Positions 11,033 through 21,036 are shown, numbered from the stretch's first letter. The stretch: 32,000 nt of DNA from Gallionellaceae bacterium (GCA_009773615.1 WSYA01000003.1:21167-53166), one strand, 5' to 3'. Translations and numbers: made by a program. The notes: generated by a model from the letters alone, not told the origin.

Positions 11033-12114
11033 TGGAAGCTCAAGTCCTGCAATTTTTACAGTGGTTCTGGAATCTGTTCGGATTCTGGGATTCGCTATGG
11101 AGTCTTGTCGGCCCGGCTTGGCCGCTGGTATGGACACTGCTCAAGATCGTGGCCATTGTAGTGCCGGTAATGCTCGGCGTTGCTTACCTTACATACGTTG
11201 AACGCAAAGTGCTCGGCTATATGCAGGATCGCGTCGGCCCGAACCGTGTCGGACCTTACGGCCTGTTGCAACCGATAGCCGACGGCGTGAAGCTGTTCAT
11301 GAAGGAAATCATCATTCCGACCGGCTCCAATAAATTCCTGTTTATTGCGGCGCCGATATTGTCCATTGCGCCTGCTTTGGCGGCTTGGGCGGTGGTTCCT
11401 TTTGCGGATGGCATGGTGTTGGCCAATGTGAACGCCGGTTTGTTGTACATTTTGGCGATGACTTCGCTGGGCGTGTACGGCATCATCATTGCCGGTTGGG
11501 CATCCAACTCCAAATACGCCTTCCTCGGTGCTATACGTTCCGCCGCGCAGATCGTTTCGTATGAGTTGGCCATGGGTTTCGCGCTGGTGTGCGTGCTGCT
11601 GGCAGCGCAGAGCATGAATCTTGGCGACATCGTGCGCGGACAGCACGGCAATTACGGCATGTTGAACTGGTATTTCATTCCGCTATTCCCGATGTTCGTG
11701 GTGTACTTCATTGCCGGAGTGGCGGAGACGAATCGCTCTCCGTTCGACTTGGCGGAAGACGAGTCGGTGATCGTGGCCGGTTTTCATACGGAATATTCCG
11801 GCATGAGCTTCGCGCTGTTCTTCCTGGCCGAATACGCCAACATGATTTTAATCGCGGCATTGTCTTCGGTGCTGTTCCTCGGCGGCTGGTTGCCGCCTGT
11901 GGACATCGCGCCGTTCAATCAGATACCGGGTCTGTTCTGGATGCTGGGCAAGATGTCGTTCATTTTGTTCCTGTTCCTGTGGTTGCGCGCGACATTCCCG
12001 CGCTACCGTTACGATCAACTGATGCGCTTGGGTTGGAAAGTATTCATCCCGTTGACGCTGGTCTGGGTAGTGGTGGTCGCCGCCTGGATGCAAACACCCT
12101 ATTGGCTGTGGTGA
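11029..12114 (+). CDS. nuoH: NADH-quinone oxidoreductase subunit H
   Basis: 361 aa. [29 protein letters not shown]...[13 protein letters not shown]. The start overlaps the nuoG stop. Confidence 0.95.
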   Translation: MMEAQVLQFLQWFWNLFGFWDSLWSLVGPAWPLVWTLLKIVAIVVPVMLGVAYLTYVERKVLGYMQDRVGPNRVGPYGLLQPIADGVKLFMKEIIIPTGSNKFLFIAAPILSIAPALAAWAVVPFADGMVLANVNAGLLYILAMTSLGVYGIIIAGWASNSKYAFLGAIRSAAQIVSYELAMGFALVCVLLAAQSMNLGDIVRGQHGNYGMLNWYFIPLFPMFVVYFIAGVAETNRSPFDLAEDESVIVAGFHTEYSGMSFALFFLAEYANMILIAALSSVLFLGGWLPPVDIAPFNQIPGLFWMLGKMSFILFLFLWLRATFPRYRYDQLMRLGWKVFIPLTLVWVVVVAAWMQTPYWLW

Positions 12115-12122
12115 GAGACAAA

Positions 12123-12611
12123 ATGGAAAAGATCGCGCATTTTTTTAAAAGCTTCCTGTTAATCGAACTGCTCAAGGGCATGGCGGTGACCGGCAAACAC
12201 TTGTTCTCGCACAAGATCACGGTGCATTATCCGGAAGAGAAGACCCCGCAAAGCTTCCGCTTTCGCGGCCTGCACGCGCAACGCCGCTATGCCAATGGCG
12301 AAGAGCGCTGCATCGGCTGCAAGCTGTGCGAAGCAGTTTGTCCCGCGCTGGCGATCAAGATCGAAGTGGCCGAACGTAGCGATGGTTCGCGTCGGACCAC
12401 CCAGTACGATATTGACCTGACCAAATGTATTTTCTGCGGCTTCTGTGAAGAATCATGCCCGGTGGATGCCATCGTGGAAACGCGGGTGTTGGAATACCAC
12501 GGTGAAAAACGCGGTGACTTGTACTACACCAAGCCGATGCTGCTTGCGGTGGGCGAAAAGCATGAAGCACAGATCGCTAAAGACCGCGCGTCTGACGCAA
12601 AATACCGTTAA
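12123..12611 (+). CDS. nuoI: NADH-quinone oxidoreductase subunit I
   Basis: [19 protein letters not shown]... with two CxxCxxCxxxCP ferredoxin motifs ([24 protein letters not shown]). The track ORF 11589..12611 is an in-frame artefactual extension across nuoH. Confidence 0.92.
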   Translation: MEKIAHFFKSFLLIELLKGMAVTGKHLFSHKITVHYPEEKTPQSFRFRGLHAQRRYANGEERCIGCKLCEAVCPALAIKIEVAERSDGSRRTTQYDIDLTKCIFCGFCEESCPVDAIVETRVLEYHGEKRGDLYYTKPMLLAVGEKHEAQIAKDRASDAKYR

Positions 12612-12621
12612 GGACTAGGAC

Positions 12622-13269
12622 ATGATAGGTATAGAAACAATCGTTTTCTTTATGTTTGCCGCGCTGTCGGTGTTTGCCGCGTTGCGCGTCATCACGGCGC
12701 GCAACCCGGTGCATGCGGCGCTGTTTCTGGTGCTGGCGTTTTTCAGCATGGCCGGAATATGGATGCTGCTGGAGGCGGAGTTTCTCGCGATCACACTGGT
12801 GCTGGTTTACGTGGGCGCGGTGATGGTGCTGTTCCTGTTCGTGGTGATGATGCTGGACATCAATCTGGAGGAGCTGAAGGAAGGTTTCTGGCGTTGGTTT
12901 CCGGTCGGTGCCGTGCTGGCCGCGTTCATGATATTCGAGATGGTGTGGGTGCTGGGCAGTCGTCAGACAGCGGAAACCGGGGCGCACTTGGCCAAGCATG
13001 CGGCGGATTACAGCAACACCAAAGAGCTGGGTCGCCTGATCTATACCGACTATGTTTATCCGTTCGAATTGGCTGCGGTGATTCTGCTGGTCGCCATCGT
13101 TGCGGCTATCGCGCTGACCCTGCGTGCGGGGCGCGCTAAAAAGAAACAGGATCCAAGCAAGCAGGTGCTGGTGAAGAGCAAAGATCGCGTGCGCCTGATC
13201 TCGATGCCCGCATCAAAAAAAGTATCTGCGCAGCCAGACGCAGCCAAAGCCGATCAAGTGAAGAGCTAA
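12622..13269 (+). CDS. nuoJ: NADH-quinone oxidoreductase subunit J
   Basis: 215 aa membrane protein at the conserved operon position, with a Lys-rich C-terminal tail. Confidence 0.9.
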   Translation: MIGIETIVFFMFAALSVFAALRVITARNPVHAALFLVLAFFSMAGIWMLLEAEFLAITLVLVYVGAVMVLFLFVVMMLDINLEELKEGFWRWFPVGAVLAAFMIFEMVWVLGSRQTAETGAHLAKHAADYSNTKELGRLIYTDYVYPFELAAVILLVAIVAAIALTLRAGRAKKKQDPSKQVLVKSKDRVRLISMPASKKVSAQPDAAKADQVKS

Positions 13270-13285
13270 AATTTTAGGGGGAAGT

Positions 13286-13597
13286 ATGTTGAGCTTAAGT
13301 CTGTCTCATTACTTGGTGTTAAGTGCGGTGCTCTTCGCCATCAGCGTGGTGGGCATTTTCTTGAACCGCAAAAACATCATCGTGTTGCTGATGGCGATCG
13401 AATTGATGCTACTGGCCGTAAACACCAATTTTGTCGCCTTTTCCCATTACCTGAACGATGTGTCGGGCCAGATATTCGTGTTTTTTATTCTCACCGTCGC
13501 GGCCGCAGAGGCAGCGATCGGTTTGGCGATTCTGGTGGTGCTGTTCCGCAATTTGAACACCATCAACGTTGAAGATCTCGGCAGCCTGAAAGGTTAA
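13286..13597 (+). CDS. nuoK: NADH-quinone oxidoreductase subunit K
   Basis: 103 aa with three TM helices. IELMLLAVN...[12 protein letters not shown] signature. Confidence 0.92.
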   Translation: MLSLSLSHYLVLSAVLFAISVVGIFLNRKNIIVLLMAIELMLLAVNTNFVAFSHYLNDVSGQIFVFFILTVAAAEAAIGLAILVVLFRNLNTINVEDLGSLKG

Positions 13598-13605
13598 GCG
13601 TACCC

Positions 13606-15738
13606 ATGAGCAATATGCAAAATCTCTATCTGCTGGTTCCCTTGGCTCCGCTAGTCGGCGCGATAGCGGCCGGCCTGTTCGGTAAAGTGTTGGGACGGAC
13701 TTGGACGCATCGCATCACTATCTCTTTGGTGGCGGTCTCTTTTCTCGCTTCATTGGCGATCTTTCAGGACGTGCTGGCAGGGCATCAATATAACGGCACG
13801 GTATACAAGTGGATGACATCCGGCGATACCAGTTTCGAAGTCGGCTTCCTGATCGACCGCCTGTCCGTGATGATGATGCTGGTGGTGACTTTTGTTTCGC
13901 TCATGGTGCATATCTACACCATCGGCTACATGCAGGAAGATCCCGGCTACCAGCGTTTCTTCAGCTACATCTCTCTGTTCACTTTCTCCATGCTGATGCT
14001 GGTGATGGCCAACAACTTCATGCAACTGTTCTTCGGCTGGGAAGCGGTGGGCTTGGTGTCCTATCTGCTGATCGGTTTTTGGTACACGCGCCCCACGGCG
14101 ATCTACGCCAACCTCAAAGCGTTTCTGGTGAACCGCGTGGGCGACTTCGGTTTCCTGCTGGGTATCGGCTTGGTGCTGATGGTGTTCGGTACCTTGGACT
14201 ATGCTTCCGTGTTCGCCAACGTGCACCGCTATGTGAATGACATGGCGCCTATCCCCGGCGTCTCGTGGAATCTGATTACGGCCATCTGTATCCTGCTGTT
14301 CATCGGCGCGATGGGCAAGTCAGCGCAATTCCCGCTGCATGTGTGGCTACCCGATTCGATGGAAGGCCCGACTCCGATCTCCGCGTTGATCCACGCGGCG
14401 ACCATGGTGACGGCGGGTATCTTCATGGTGGCGCGCATGTCGCCGCTGTTCGAGTTGTCCGAAACCGCGTTGTCCTTCGTGATGGTGATCGGCGCGATCA
14501 CCGCCCTGTTCATGGGCTTCCTCGGCATCATCCAGAACGACATCAAGCGCGTGGTGGCGTACTCCACACTGTCGCAGCTCGGCTACATGACCGTGGCGCT
14601 GGGCGCATCGGCTTACTCGGTGGCAGTATTCCACCTCATGACGCACGCATTCTTCAAGGCGCTGCTGTTCTTGGCGGCGGGCTCGGTCATCATCGCCATG
14701 CACCACGATCAGGACATCCGCAACATGGGCGGCCTGCGCAAGTACATGCCGATCACCTGGATCACGTCATTGATTGGATCGCTGGCGTTGATTGGAACGC
14801 CAGGTCTTTCTGGTTTCTATTCCAAGGAAAATATCATCGAGGCTGTTCGTCTTTCCCATCTTCCTGGTTCCGGTTTCGCCTATTTTGCCGTAGTGGCGGG
14901 CGTGTTCGTCACCGCCTTCTATTCTTTCCGCATGTATTTCCTCGTGTTCCACGGTGAAGAGCGCTTCGGTAAAGAAGTTCATCATCCTTCGACAAGCTCA
15001 GGACAGGCTCATGCGCCAGCGGCGCATGCACCCGTAGCTCACGTGGTAGCTCATACAGATGCGCATCACCCTTCGACAGGCTCAGGGCAGGCTATTGCGC
15101 ATGATGATGGCCATTCGCCGGACGCAGTGCATGAGGAACATCATGGCTTGGCTCCGGGGCAGAAGCCTCACGAAACACCTTGGGTGGTTTGGTTGCCGTT
15201 GGTGTTGCTGGCGATTCCGTCGGTGTGCATCGGTTTTATCACGATAGAGCCGATGTTGTTCGGCGACTATTTCAAGGATGCGATCTACATCAGCCATGCA
15301 CATCACGCACTTGCGGAAATGCGCGAGGAGTTCCACGGCGCATTTGCGATGATTTTCGATGATTTAACAGAGCTGCCTTTCTGGCTCGCTCTGGCGGGAG
15401 TGGCATCGTCGTGGTTCTTCTACATGAAGCGTCCCGACATTCCAGCCGCGATCAAGCAGCGCTTCGAGGGTGTCTACACGCTGCTCGATAACAAGTATTA
15501 CTTTGACCGCTTCAACGATTGGTTCTTCGCCGGGGGCGCGCGCGGTGCGAGCCGCTTCCTGTGGAAGTTCGGCGATGTGAATCTGATCGACGGGGTGATG
15601 GTGAACGGTACGGCACGATTGGTGGGGCGCCTCTCTGGAGTGTTGCGCAACATGCAGTCCGGCTATATCTACCACTACGCTTTTTCGATGATCATTGGCG
15701 TGTTCGTGTTGTTGACCATCCGCACCTGGTTTGAATAA
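13606..15738 (+). CDS. nuoL: NADH-quinone oxidoreductase subunit L (carries a His/Ala-rich insertion)
   Basis: 710 aa antiporter-like subunit (GWEAVGLVSYLLIGFW, KSAQFPLHVWLPD.MEGPTP.SALIHAATMV). The insertion at about aa 457-525 is described in the findings. Confidence 0.94.
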   Translation: MSNMQNLYLLVPLAPLVGAIAAGLFGKVLGRTWTHRITISLVAVSFLASLAIFQDVLAGHQYNGTVYKWMTSGDTSFEVGFLIDRLSVMMMLVVTFVSLMVHIYTIGYMQEDPGYQRFFSYISLFTFSMLMLVMANNFMQLFFGWEAVGLVSYLLIGFWYTRPTAIYANLKAFLVNRVGDFGFLLGIGLVLMVFGTLDYASVFANVHRYVNDMAPIPGVSWNLITAICILLFIGAMGKSAQFPLHVWLPDSMEGPTPISALIHAATMVTAGIFMVARMSPLFELSETALSFVMVIGAITALFMGFLGIIQNDIKRVVAYSTLSQLGYMTVALGASAYSVAVFHLMTHAFFKALLFLAAGSVIIAMHHDQDIRNMGGLRKYMPITWITSLIGSLALIGTPGLSGFYSKENIIEAVRLSHLPGSGFAYFAVVAGVFVTAFYSFRMYFLVFHGEERFGKEVHHPSTSSGQAHAPAAHAPVAHVVAHTDAHHPSTGSGQAIAHDDGHSPDAVHEEHHGLAPGQKPHETPWVVWLPLVLLAIPSVCIGFITIEPMLFGDYFKDAIYISHAHHALAEMREEFHGAFAMIFDDLTELPFWLALAGVASSWFFYMKRPDIPAAIKQRFEGVYTLLDNKYYFDRFNDWFFAGGARGASRFLWKFGDVNLIDGVMVNGTARLVGRLSGVLRNMQSGYIYHYAFSMIIGVFVLLTIRTWFE
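14980..15093 (+). repeat. Two direct copies of a 30-nt element inside nuoL (14980-15009 and 15064-15093), 27/30 identical and 84 nt apart, in frame
   Basis: catcatccttcgacaagctcaggacaggct versus catcacccttcgacaggctcagggcaggct. They encode HHPSTSSGQA and HHPSTGSGQA. A 7-bp-arm palindrome, atgcgcc-agc-ggcgcat, lies between them at 15011-15027. Confidence 0.85.
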
Positions 15739-15764
15739 AGTCGCTGCACAATAAGGATATAAGC

Positions 15765-17249
15765 ATGATTTTTGGATTTCATTTGTTAAGCGTTGCTATC
15801 TGGCTCCCCATGATTTTTGGCGTGCTGGTATTGGCGACGGGACATGACCGCAATGCTCCTCTGGCGCGGAAGATTGCTCTGGTAGGGGCCGTGCTGAGTT
15901 TTCTGGTGACGTTGCCGCTGTATACCGGCTTCGACAAGATGACCAGCGCCATGCAGTTTGTGGAAATGAAGGACTGGATCGTCCGCTTCAATATCCATTA
16001 CCACCTCGGTGTGGACGGTATCTCGGTGTTGTTTATCCTGCTGAACAGTTTCTTTACGCCGCTGGTTGTTCTGGCCGGTTGGAAAGTGATCGAAAAGCGC
16101 GTTGCACAATATCTGGCGGCTTTCCTCATCATGTCCGGCTTGGTCAACGGGGTGTTCGCCTCGCTCGATGCGATTTTGTTCTACGTGTTCTGGGAAGCGA
16201 TGCTGATTCCGATGTTCATTATCATCGGTGTGTGGGGCGGTGCCAACCGTGTATATGCGGCGGTCAAGTTCTTCCTCTACACCTTGCTCGGCTCGCTGTT
16301 GATGCTGGTTGCGTTGTTGTACCTGTACACCCATTCCGGCGGAAGTTTCGAGATACTCGACTACCATGAAATGGCGATTCCGTTTACCGCGCAGATATTG
16401 GTGTTCCTGGCCTTCTTTATGGCGTTCTCGGTAAAAGTGCCGATGTTTCCGGTGCATACCTGGTTGCCGGACGCGCACGTTGAAGCGCCAACAGGCGGTT
16501 CGGTGGTGCTGGCGGCGATCATGCTGAAAGTGGGCGCATATGGCTTCCTGCGCTTCTCCATGCCTATCGCTCCCGATGCCAGCCACAGCCTGTCTGGCTT
16601 CATGATCACGCTGTCGCTGATCGCGGTGGTGTATATCGGTCTGGTGGCGTTGACCCAGGCCGACATGAAAAAACTGATCGCTTATTCTTCCATTTCGCAC
16701 ATGGGTTTTGTCACGCTGGGTTTCTTCATCTTCAACGCCTACGGCATGGAAGGCGCGCTGATGCAAATGATCTCGCACGGCTTCGTGGCCGGCGCGTTGT
16801 TCCTGTGTATCGGTGTGATGTATGACCGTGTGCATTCCCGCCAAATCGTCGATTACGGCGGCGTGGCGAACAAGATGCCGGTGTTTGCTGCCTTCTTCAT
16901 GCTGTTCGCGATGGCGAACAGCGGACTGCCGGGCACCAGTGGTTTCGTCGGCGAGTTCATGGTCATCATGGGCGCGGTTAAAGCCAATTTCTGGTATGCC
17001 TTCCTCGCGGCCAGCACACTGGTCTTCGGCGCCGCCTATACGCTGTGGATGTACAAGCGCGTGATCTTCGGCGCGGTCACCAACGACCATGTCGCCCACC
17101 TGCATGACATCACCTTGCGCGAAAAATTTATATTCGCCATCTTGGCGATCACCGTGTTGGTTATGGGGCTGTATCCCTTACCGGTCAGTGAGATATTGCA
17201 TGTGTCGGTGAACGATCTGCTAGTTCATCTTGCCCGTTCCAAAATTTAA
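15765..17249 (+). CDS. nuoM: NADH-quinone oxidoreductase subunit M
   Basis: 494 aa antiporter-like subunit (VKVPMFPVHTWLPDAHVEAPT.GSV.LA) at the conserved position. Confidence 0.94.
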   Translation: MIFGFHLLSVAIWLPMIFGVLVLATGHDRNAPLARKIALVGAVLSFLVTLPLYTGFDKMTSAMQFVEMKDWIVRFNIHYHLGVDGISVLFILLNSFFTPLVVLAGWKVIEKRVAQYLAAFLIMSGLVNGVFASLDAILFYVFWEAMLIPMFIIIGVWGGANRVYAAVKFFLYTLLGSLLMLVALLYLYTHSGGSFEILDYHEMAIPFTAQILVFLAFFMAFSVKVPMFPVHTWLPDAHVEAPTGGSVVLAAIMLKVGAYGFLRFSMPIAPDASHSLSGFMITLSLIAVVYIGLVALTQADMKKLIAYSSISHMGFVTLGFFIFNAYGMEGALMQMISHGFVAGALFLCIGVMYDRVHSRQIVDYGGVANKMPVFAAFFMLFAMANSGLPGTSGFVGEFMVIMGAVKANFWYAFLAASTLVFGAAYTLWMYKRVIFGAVTNDHVAHLHDITLREKFIFAILAITVLVMGLYPLPVSEILHVSVNDLLVHLARSKI

Positions 17250-17287
17250 GTTGCCGCTAAACCGAGCTATTCGCAATTGAGGAAAAT

Positions 17288-18739
17288 ATGAGTTTCTTGT
17301 CCACCCTGTTTCCCGCCTACGCAGAAATCTTTCTGTTGGCGATGGTAAGTGTGATTCTGATCGCGGATCTGTTCACTTCCGGCCGCACTAAAACCGTGAC
17401 CTACCTTCTGGTGCAGCTCACGTTGCTCGGTTGCTCGCTGATCACGGTGGCAACCCACCAGAATGGTGTCACGCATCTGTTCCACAATATGTTCGTGGAC
17501 GATCTGATGTCCGATGTGCTAAAGCTTCTGAGCTATCTCGCGGTATCCATGATGCTGGTGTATTCGCGCAGCTATCTGCTGGCGCGCGGACTGTTCTCCG
17601 GTGAATTTTTGGCGTTGGTGTTGTTCGCTCTGATGGGCATTATGGTGATGATCTCTGCCAGCCATTTCCTTACGCTTTACTTGGGTTTGGAATTGTTGTC
17701 GCTCAGCTTGTACGCGGTGGTTGCTTTGCAGCGCGACTCCGCGACTGCTACCGAAGCGGCGATGAAATACTTCATTCTGGGCGCATTGGCATCCGGTCTG
17801 TTGTTGTACGGTATGTCCATGCTGTACGGCGCGACAGGTACGCTGGATGTGAATGCCGTCTCCGCCGCAATTCAGCATGGCGTAGCTAATAAAGCACTGC
17901 TGGTGTTCGGTTTGGTGTTCATCGTTTCCGGCTTGGCATTCAAACTTGGCGCGGTGCCTTTCCATATGTGGGTTCCCGACGTGTACCACGGCGCGCCCAC
18001 CGCGATGACCATGCTTATCGGTACCGCGCCGAAGCTCGCAGCGTTCGCCTTCGTCATGCGTATTCTGGTCGAGGGCATGCAGCCGCTGATGATCCATTGG
18101 TCGGGCATGCTGGCGATACTGGCGGTGCTGTCGATGGCGGTGGGTAACATCAGCGCTATCGCACAGACCAACATTAAACGCATGTTCGCGTATTCGACCA
18201 TCGCCCACATGGGCTTTCTGCTGGTCGGCGTGCTGAGCGGCGGTATCGAGGGTTACGGCTCGGCCATGTTCTATGCGGTGATTTATGTGCTGATGAGCTT
18301 GGGCGGTTTCGGCATGATCATGCTGCTGTCGCGCGAAGGTTTTGAGGCGGACACATTGAACGACTTCAAGGGGCTTAACCAACGCAGCCCGTGGCTCGCA
18401 TTCATGATGCTGCTGCTGATGTTCTCCATGGCCGGCGTGCCGCCGACAGTGGGTTTCTATGCCAAGTTCTCGGTGTTGAATGCAGCAGTGGCGGCGGGGC
18501 ATATTCCGCTGGTTATCATGGCGGTGCTGTTCTCGCTGATCGGCGCTTTCTATTACCTGCGTATCGTGAAGCTGATGTATTTCGACGCGCCGGAAAGCCA
18601 TGAGCGCATCTACATGCAGCCCGACAGCACGCTGCTGATCTCGATCAACGGGCTGGTCGTATTGGCCTTGGGAATCTTGCCGGGCACCCTGATGTCGGTG
18701 TGTGCGGTATCTGTACAACAGTCGTTGCTGCTGCATTAG
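17288..18739 (+). CDS. nuoN: NADH-quinone oxidoreductase subunit N
   Basis: 483 aa antiporter-like subunit ([21 protein letters not shown]). Last gene of the operon. Confidence 0.94.
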   Translation: MSFLSTLFPAYAEIFLLAMVSVILIADLFTSGRTKTVTYLLVQLTLLGCSLITVATHQNGVTHLFHNMFVDDLMSDVLKLLSYLAVSMMLVYSRSYLLARGLFSGEFLALVLFALMGIMVMISASHFLTLYLGLELLSLSLYAVVALQRDSATATEAAMKYFILGALASGLLLYGMSMLYGATGTLDVNAVSAAIQHGVANKALLVFGLVFIVSGLAFKLGAVPFHMWVPDVYHGAPTAMTMLIGTAPKLAAFAFVMRILVEGMQPLMIHWSGMLAILAVLSMAVGNISAIAQTNIKRMFAYSTIAHMGFLLVGVLSGGIEGYGSAMFYAVIYVLMSLGGFGMIMLLSREGFEADTLNDFKGLNQRSPWLAFMMLLLMFSMAGVPPTVGFYAKFSVLNAAVAAGHIPLVIMAVLFSLIGAFYYLRIVKLMYFDAPESHERIYMQPDSTLLISINGLVVLALGILPGTLMSVCAVSVQQSLLLH

Positions 18740-18761
18740 CCATACAGGTGGTTTTGATTCA

Positions 18762-18794
18762 GGACACTCCCGCTTCGGCGGGAGTGTTCGTTTA
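18762..18794 (+). terminator. Rho-independent terminator of the nuo operon
   Basis: ggacactcccgc-ttcg-gcgggagtgttc: a 12-bp stem with one G.T pair and a tetraloop, followed by gttt. It begins 23 nt after the nuoN stop. Confidence 0.75.
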
Positions 18795-18855
18795 AGGCGC
18801 CATTCGGTAGCTCGTGCCCAAGATTTTCCTGATTAGCTAATGTAAGTTATGGGGT

Positions 18856-19371
18856 ATGACGACGCGTATCCCACCCTCACTAAAATGGCTAATAAATAAA
18901 CGGGCACGGCTGCAAGGCGATATTGCCAAAGCAGAAAAAGAGCTGACCGAGTTGATCAAGCTCAAGCAGAGGGATATCCAAAGTCTTCGGAATAACCTTG
19001 CCTCTGTTGATAATACCATTCGTCTGCACGAGATTCGAATCGACCCGACTCTAATCAGGCCTATCCGTGGGCCAACAAATAGCCGATTCTTCGCACACGG
19101 CGGCTTAACTAATTTGGTACTGTCGTGCGTGTCTAAAGCCCATCCGCACCCGATCAGCACTACCGACATTGCCATCTCGATTGCGGAAAGCGTGAGCATC
19201 GATCTTCAAGGCGAAGATTTCTCGGCGCTACGCACAAGCGTCCGCCACCGGATGAAGCAAATATGCTCTAGCGGATGGGTGGACAGAACCCATGCCACCA
19301 AAACATTTCAAGAAGGCAGCTGGCAGTTAAGTCCGAAGGCTATCCTCTATTTTAAGCAGGTCATTGAGTAG
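18856..19371 (+). CDS. Hypothetical protein (N-terminal coiled-coil, C-terminal wHTH-like region)
   Basis: 171-aa ORF with an ATG start. The heptad-like stretch LQGDIAKAEKELTELIKLKQRDIQSLRNNL is followed by ...ISTTDIAISIAE...RHRMKQICSSGWVDR. I recognise no family. The last 45 nt overlap the convergent transposase gene. Confidence 0.5.
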   Translation: MTTRIPPSLKWLINKRARLQGDIAKAEKELTELIKLKQRDIQSLRNNLASVDNTIRLHEIRIDPTLIRPIRGPTNSRFFAHGGLTNLVLSCVSKAHPHPISTTDIAISIAESVSIDLQGEDFSALRTSVRHRMKQICSSGWVDRTHATKTFQEGSWQLSPKAILYFKQVIE

Positions 19372-20436
19372 TATTTCATCTCCGCGTCGGTTGCCTTGCC
19401 AATAACCACGCCACCATTCCGATAGGCCGTTTTTATTGCACATTTTTAGCAGCTCAGTAATTTTTTCTAACGTTGTCATTGTTCTCGTATCCTCACGCCA
19501 AGCCATCTCTTGCGAATAGTCCATGAGGTAAGTTGGCGTTATACGATGGGTCGTGCCATATTCCATGCGGCGTAGACGAGAAAAAAATGATTCGGCCTGA
19601 TTCTCGTTTACCCCGTCATCCCTGCAGTACTCGATGGAATGCTGCACGGCCATGTGTGTATAACCGAGCGTATTGAGTTTTGAATATGCAGGGTTCTCAT
19701 CCGACATGATCGTGCTGCCCTTTTCCACATAGCGATGAATGAAGGCTAGCGCGTCCCTCTCATTTTCAGTCTTTCCTACGCAGACAATAGTTTTAACTGC
19801 CTTCTTACCCTCCGCATCCAGCTCACGTAGTACATACGTCACACGCTTATTGGCCTTCTTTTTCAAGTTAAGTTGCGAACAACCCTGGTAACGTTTTCGC
19901 TTGGCAGATCCTTTCTGATTTATCCGCGCCATGACCTCTTCAGGCGTTATTTTGCGTCGACGGCGAGCTCTTCTAGGCTTCCCACCAAAATGACCCCCAT
20001 CGACATGGATAATCCCTTTTAGCAAGGGCCGATTAGCTTGTTTTACCAATACCTCCTTTAGCTTCCCTTCGAATGTTGCTGCCGATTTCGCTTGAATACC
20101 GAGCAACCGAGACATCTGAAGTGCAGACATTCCTTGGGCAGCGCTGGTAAACAACAACAAAGCCGTCAGTAGCAGTTTGTAAGGTAGTCGATGTCCATCG
20201 AACACCATACCGGAAGTAACGCTGAAACAATGTTCGCAACTCTTGCACTTCCATTGTCTGCGCTTGGTGCGGAAATAATGATTGTCGATCAGCCCGCACT
20301 GCGGGCAAACTTGATGATCTCGACTTTTCCAACGATGTTCTGCAAAGAACATCATGGCATCGTCCTCAGACATGTCTAGAATGTCTTTAAGGGAAAAGTC
20401 TCGTAGTGCTGCGCTAAGCAAAAAATGTTGCGTCAT
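19327..20436 (-). CDS. IS1595-family-like DDE transposase (zinc-ribbon N-terminus plus ISXO2-like catalytic domain)
   Basis: CPQCG...CKSCEHCFSVTSG zinc ribbon. IHVDGGHFGGK, IMSDENPAYSKL and HSIEY...VNENQAESFFSRLRR..YGTTHRITPTYLMDYSQEMAWREDTR match my memory of the IS1595/ISXO2 motif order. I prefer the ATG at 20436 (MTQHF..., with GGAG 9 nt upstream) to the track's 20631 start. Confidence 0.75.
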   Translation of the reverse strand: MTQHFLLSAALRDFSLKDILDMSEDDAMMFFAEHRWKSRDHQVCPQCGLIDNHYFRTKRRQWKCKSCEHCFSVTSGMVFDGHRLPYKLLLTALLLFTSAAQGMSALQMSRLLGIQAKSAATFEGKLKEVLVKQANRPLLKGIIHVDGGHFGGKPRRARRRRKITPEEVMARINQKGSAKRKRYQGCSQLNLKKKANKRVTYVLRELDAEGKKAVKTIVCVGKTENERDALAFIHRYVEKGSTIMSDENPAYSKLNTLGYTHMAVQHSIEYCRDDGVNENQAESFFSRLRRMEYGTTHRITPTYLMDYSQEMAWREDTRTMTTLEKITELLKMCNKNGLSEWWRGYWQGNRRGDEILLNDLLKIEDSLRT

Positions 20437-20757
20437 AATGATTAACTCCAAAAATACGGAGCCAATCCAAAGGCAAAGTTTGGCCAACGGCATCGTACGA
20501 AAAAGTCCGATACCGCTGTTTTCAAGCAACACAACAACACATCCATCTTGACAAAAACCAAGAAGACATCTAATGTGCGAATCATTCGGAGTGCATTCGA
20601 ATGTTTCAAGTGATAGAGCTAGGATCCGCATCCATGGCTCTTTTACTTTCTACCGTGCTAATTCATTTGGTTGGTTTCCTCAGCTTTAAAAAAGACTTCC
20701 ATTTCTGGAAGCCGCTCAATGCGCCATCCCCTTACGGCGACAGCACAATTCAATATT

Positions 20758-21036
20758 TCACTTTCCTTTATCTTTATTCATTTGGAAGGCCGCCGCATCT
20801 CTCTGTGTAGCAAGCCAGTTTGCGATATCTTTGACCAAGGCGTACTTACCTCGACGATTTGGCAAAGCAAATACGGGAACCGGAACAGTTTTCCTAGACA
20901 ACGCTTGTCGAAATGCGGGCATTGATGGATAACCAAGGGCAAGTCGCAAATCTTCGTTTGAGATCATCGGGCCATATTTGTTATTGAGCGATTGTTCCAG
21001 CTCATAAACCAGACTATTAATTGCAGGTGCGCTCAT
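20758..21036 (-). CDS. Small DNA-binding protein, PrtN (pyocin activator) or AlpA/excisionase-like
   Basis: 92 aa. ISNEDLRLALGYPSMPAFRQALSRKTVPVPVFALPNRRGKYALVKDIANWLATQRD resembles the PrtN-family pattern (a brief note on the setting, then 'hit the K/R-G-x-x-V-x-x-x-D-hydrophobic-A-x-(W/Y)-L' C-terminal motif). From memory only. Confidence 0.5.
   Translation of the reverse strand: MSAPAINSLVYELEQSLNNKYGPMISNEDLRLALGYPSMPAFRQALSRKTVPVPVFALPNRRGKYALVKDIANWLATQRDAAAFQMNKDKGK

Noticed and set aside
11589-12122. N-terminal extension of the nuoI ORF (340 aa in the track).
   Set aside because: It overlaps nuoH out of frame. NuoI is normally about 160 aa, and [11 protein letters not shown]... at 12123 is the conserved N-terminus.
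15059-15247. 62-aa ORF (MRITLRQAQGRL...) inside nuoL.
   Set aside because: It is simply an alternative frame across the repeat-containing insertion of nuoL and is not an independent gene. It is useful only because it shows the LRQAQGR reading of the repeat.
15786-17105. 439-aa ORF antisense to nuoM. Similar long antisense ORFs lie at 17519..18736 (405 aa, opposite nuoN), 4991..5845 (opposite nuoC), 7461..8174 (opposite nuoF), 10304..10975 and 9365..9877 (opposite nuoG), and 12577..12999 and 13750..14226 (opposite nuoJ and nuoL).
   Set aside because: Their translations are low-complexity and rich in His, Arg, Gln and Asp, with no recognisable motifs. Each lies exactly opposite a strongly motif-supported nuo gene. 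Long stop-free antisense frames are expected in GC-rich genes with biased codon usage.
20437-20631. 65-codon N-terminal extension of the transposase ORF.
   Set aside because: The internal ATG at 20436 has a GGAG SD at proper spacing and starts just before the zinc ribbon, as is typical for IS1595-type proteins. The extension has no recognisable features. It is kept as a caveat in the findings.
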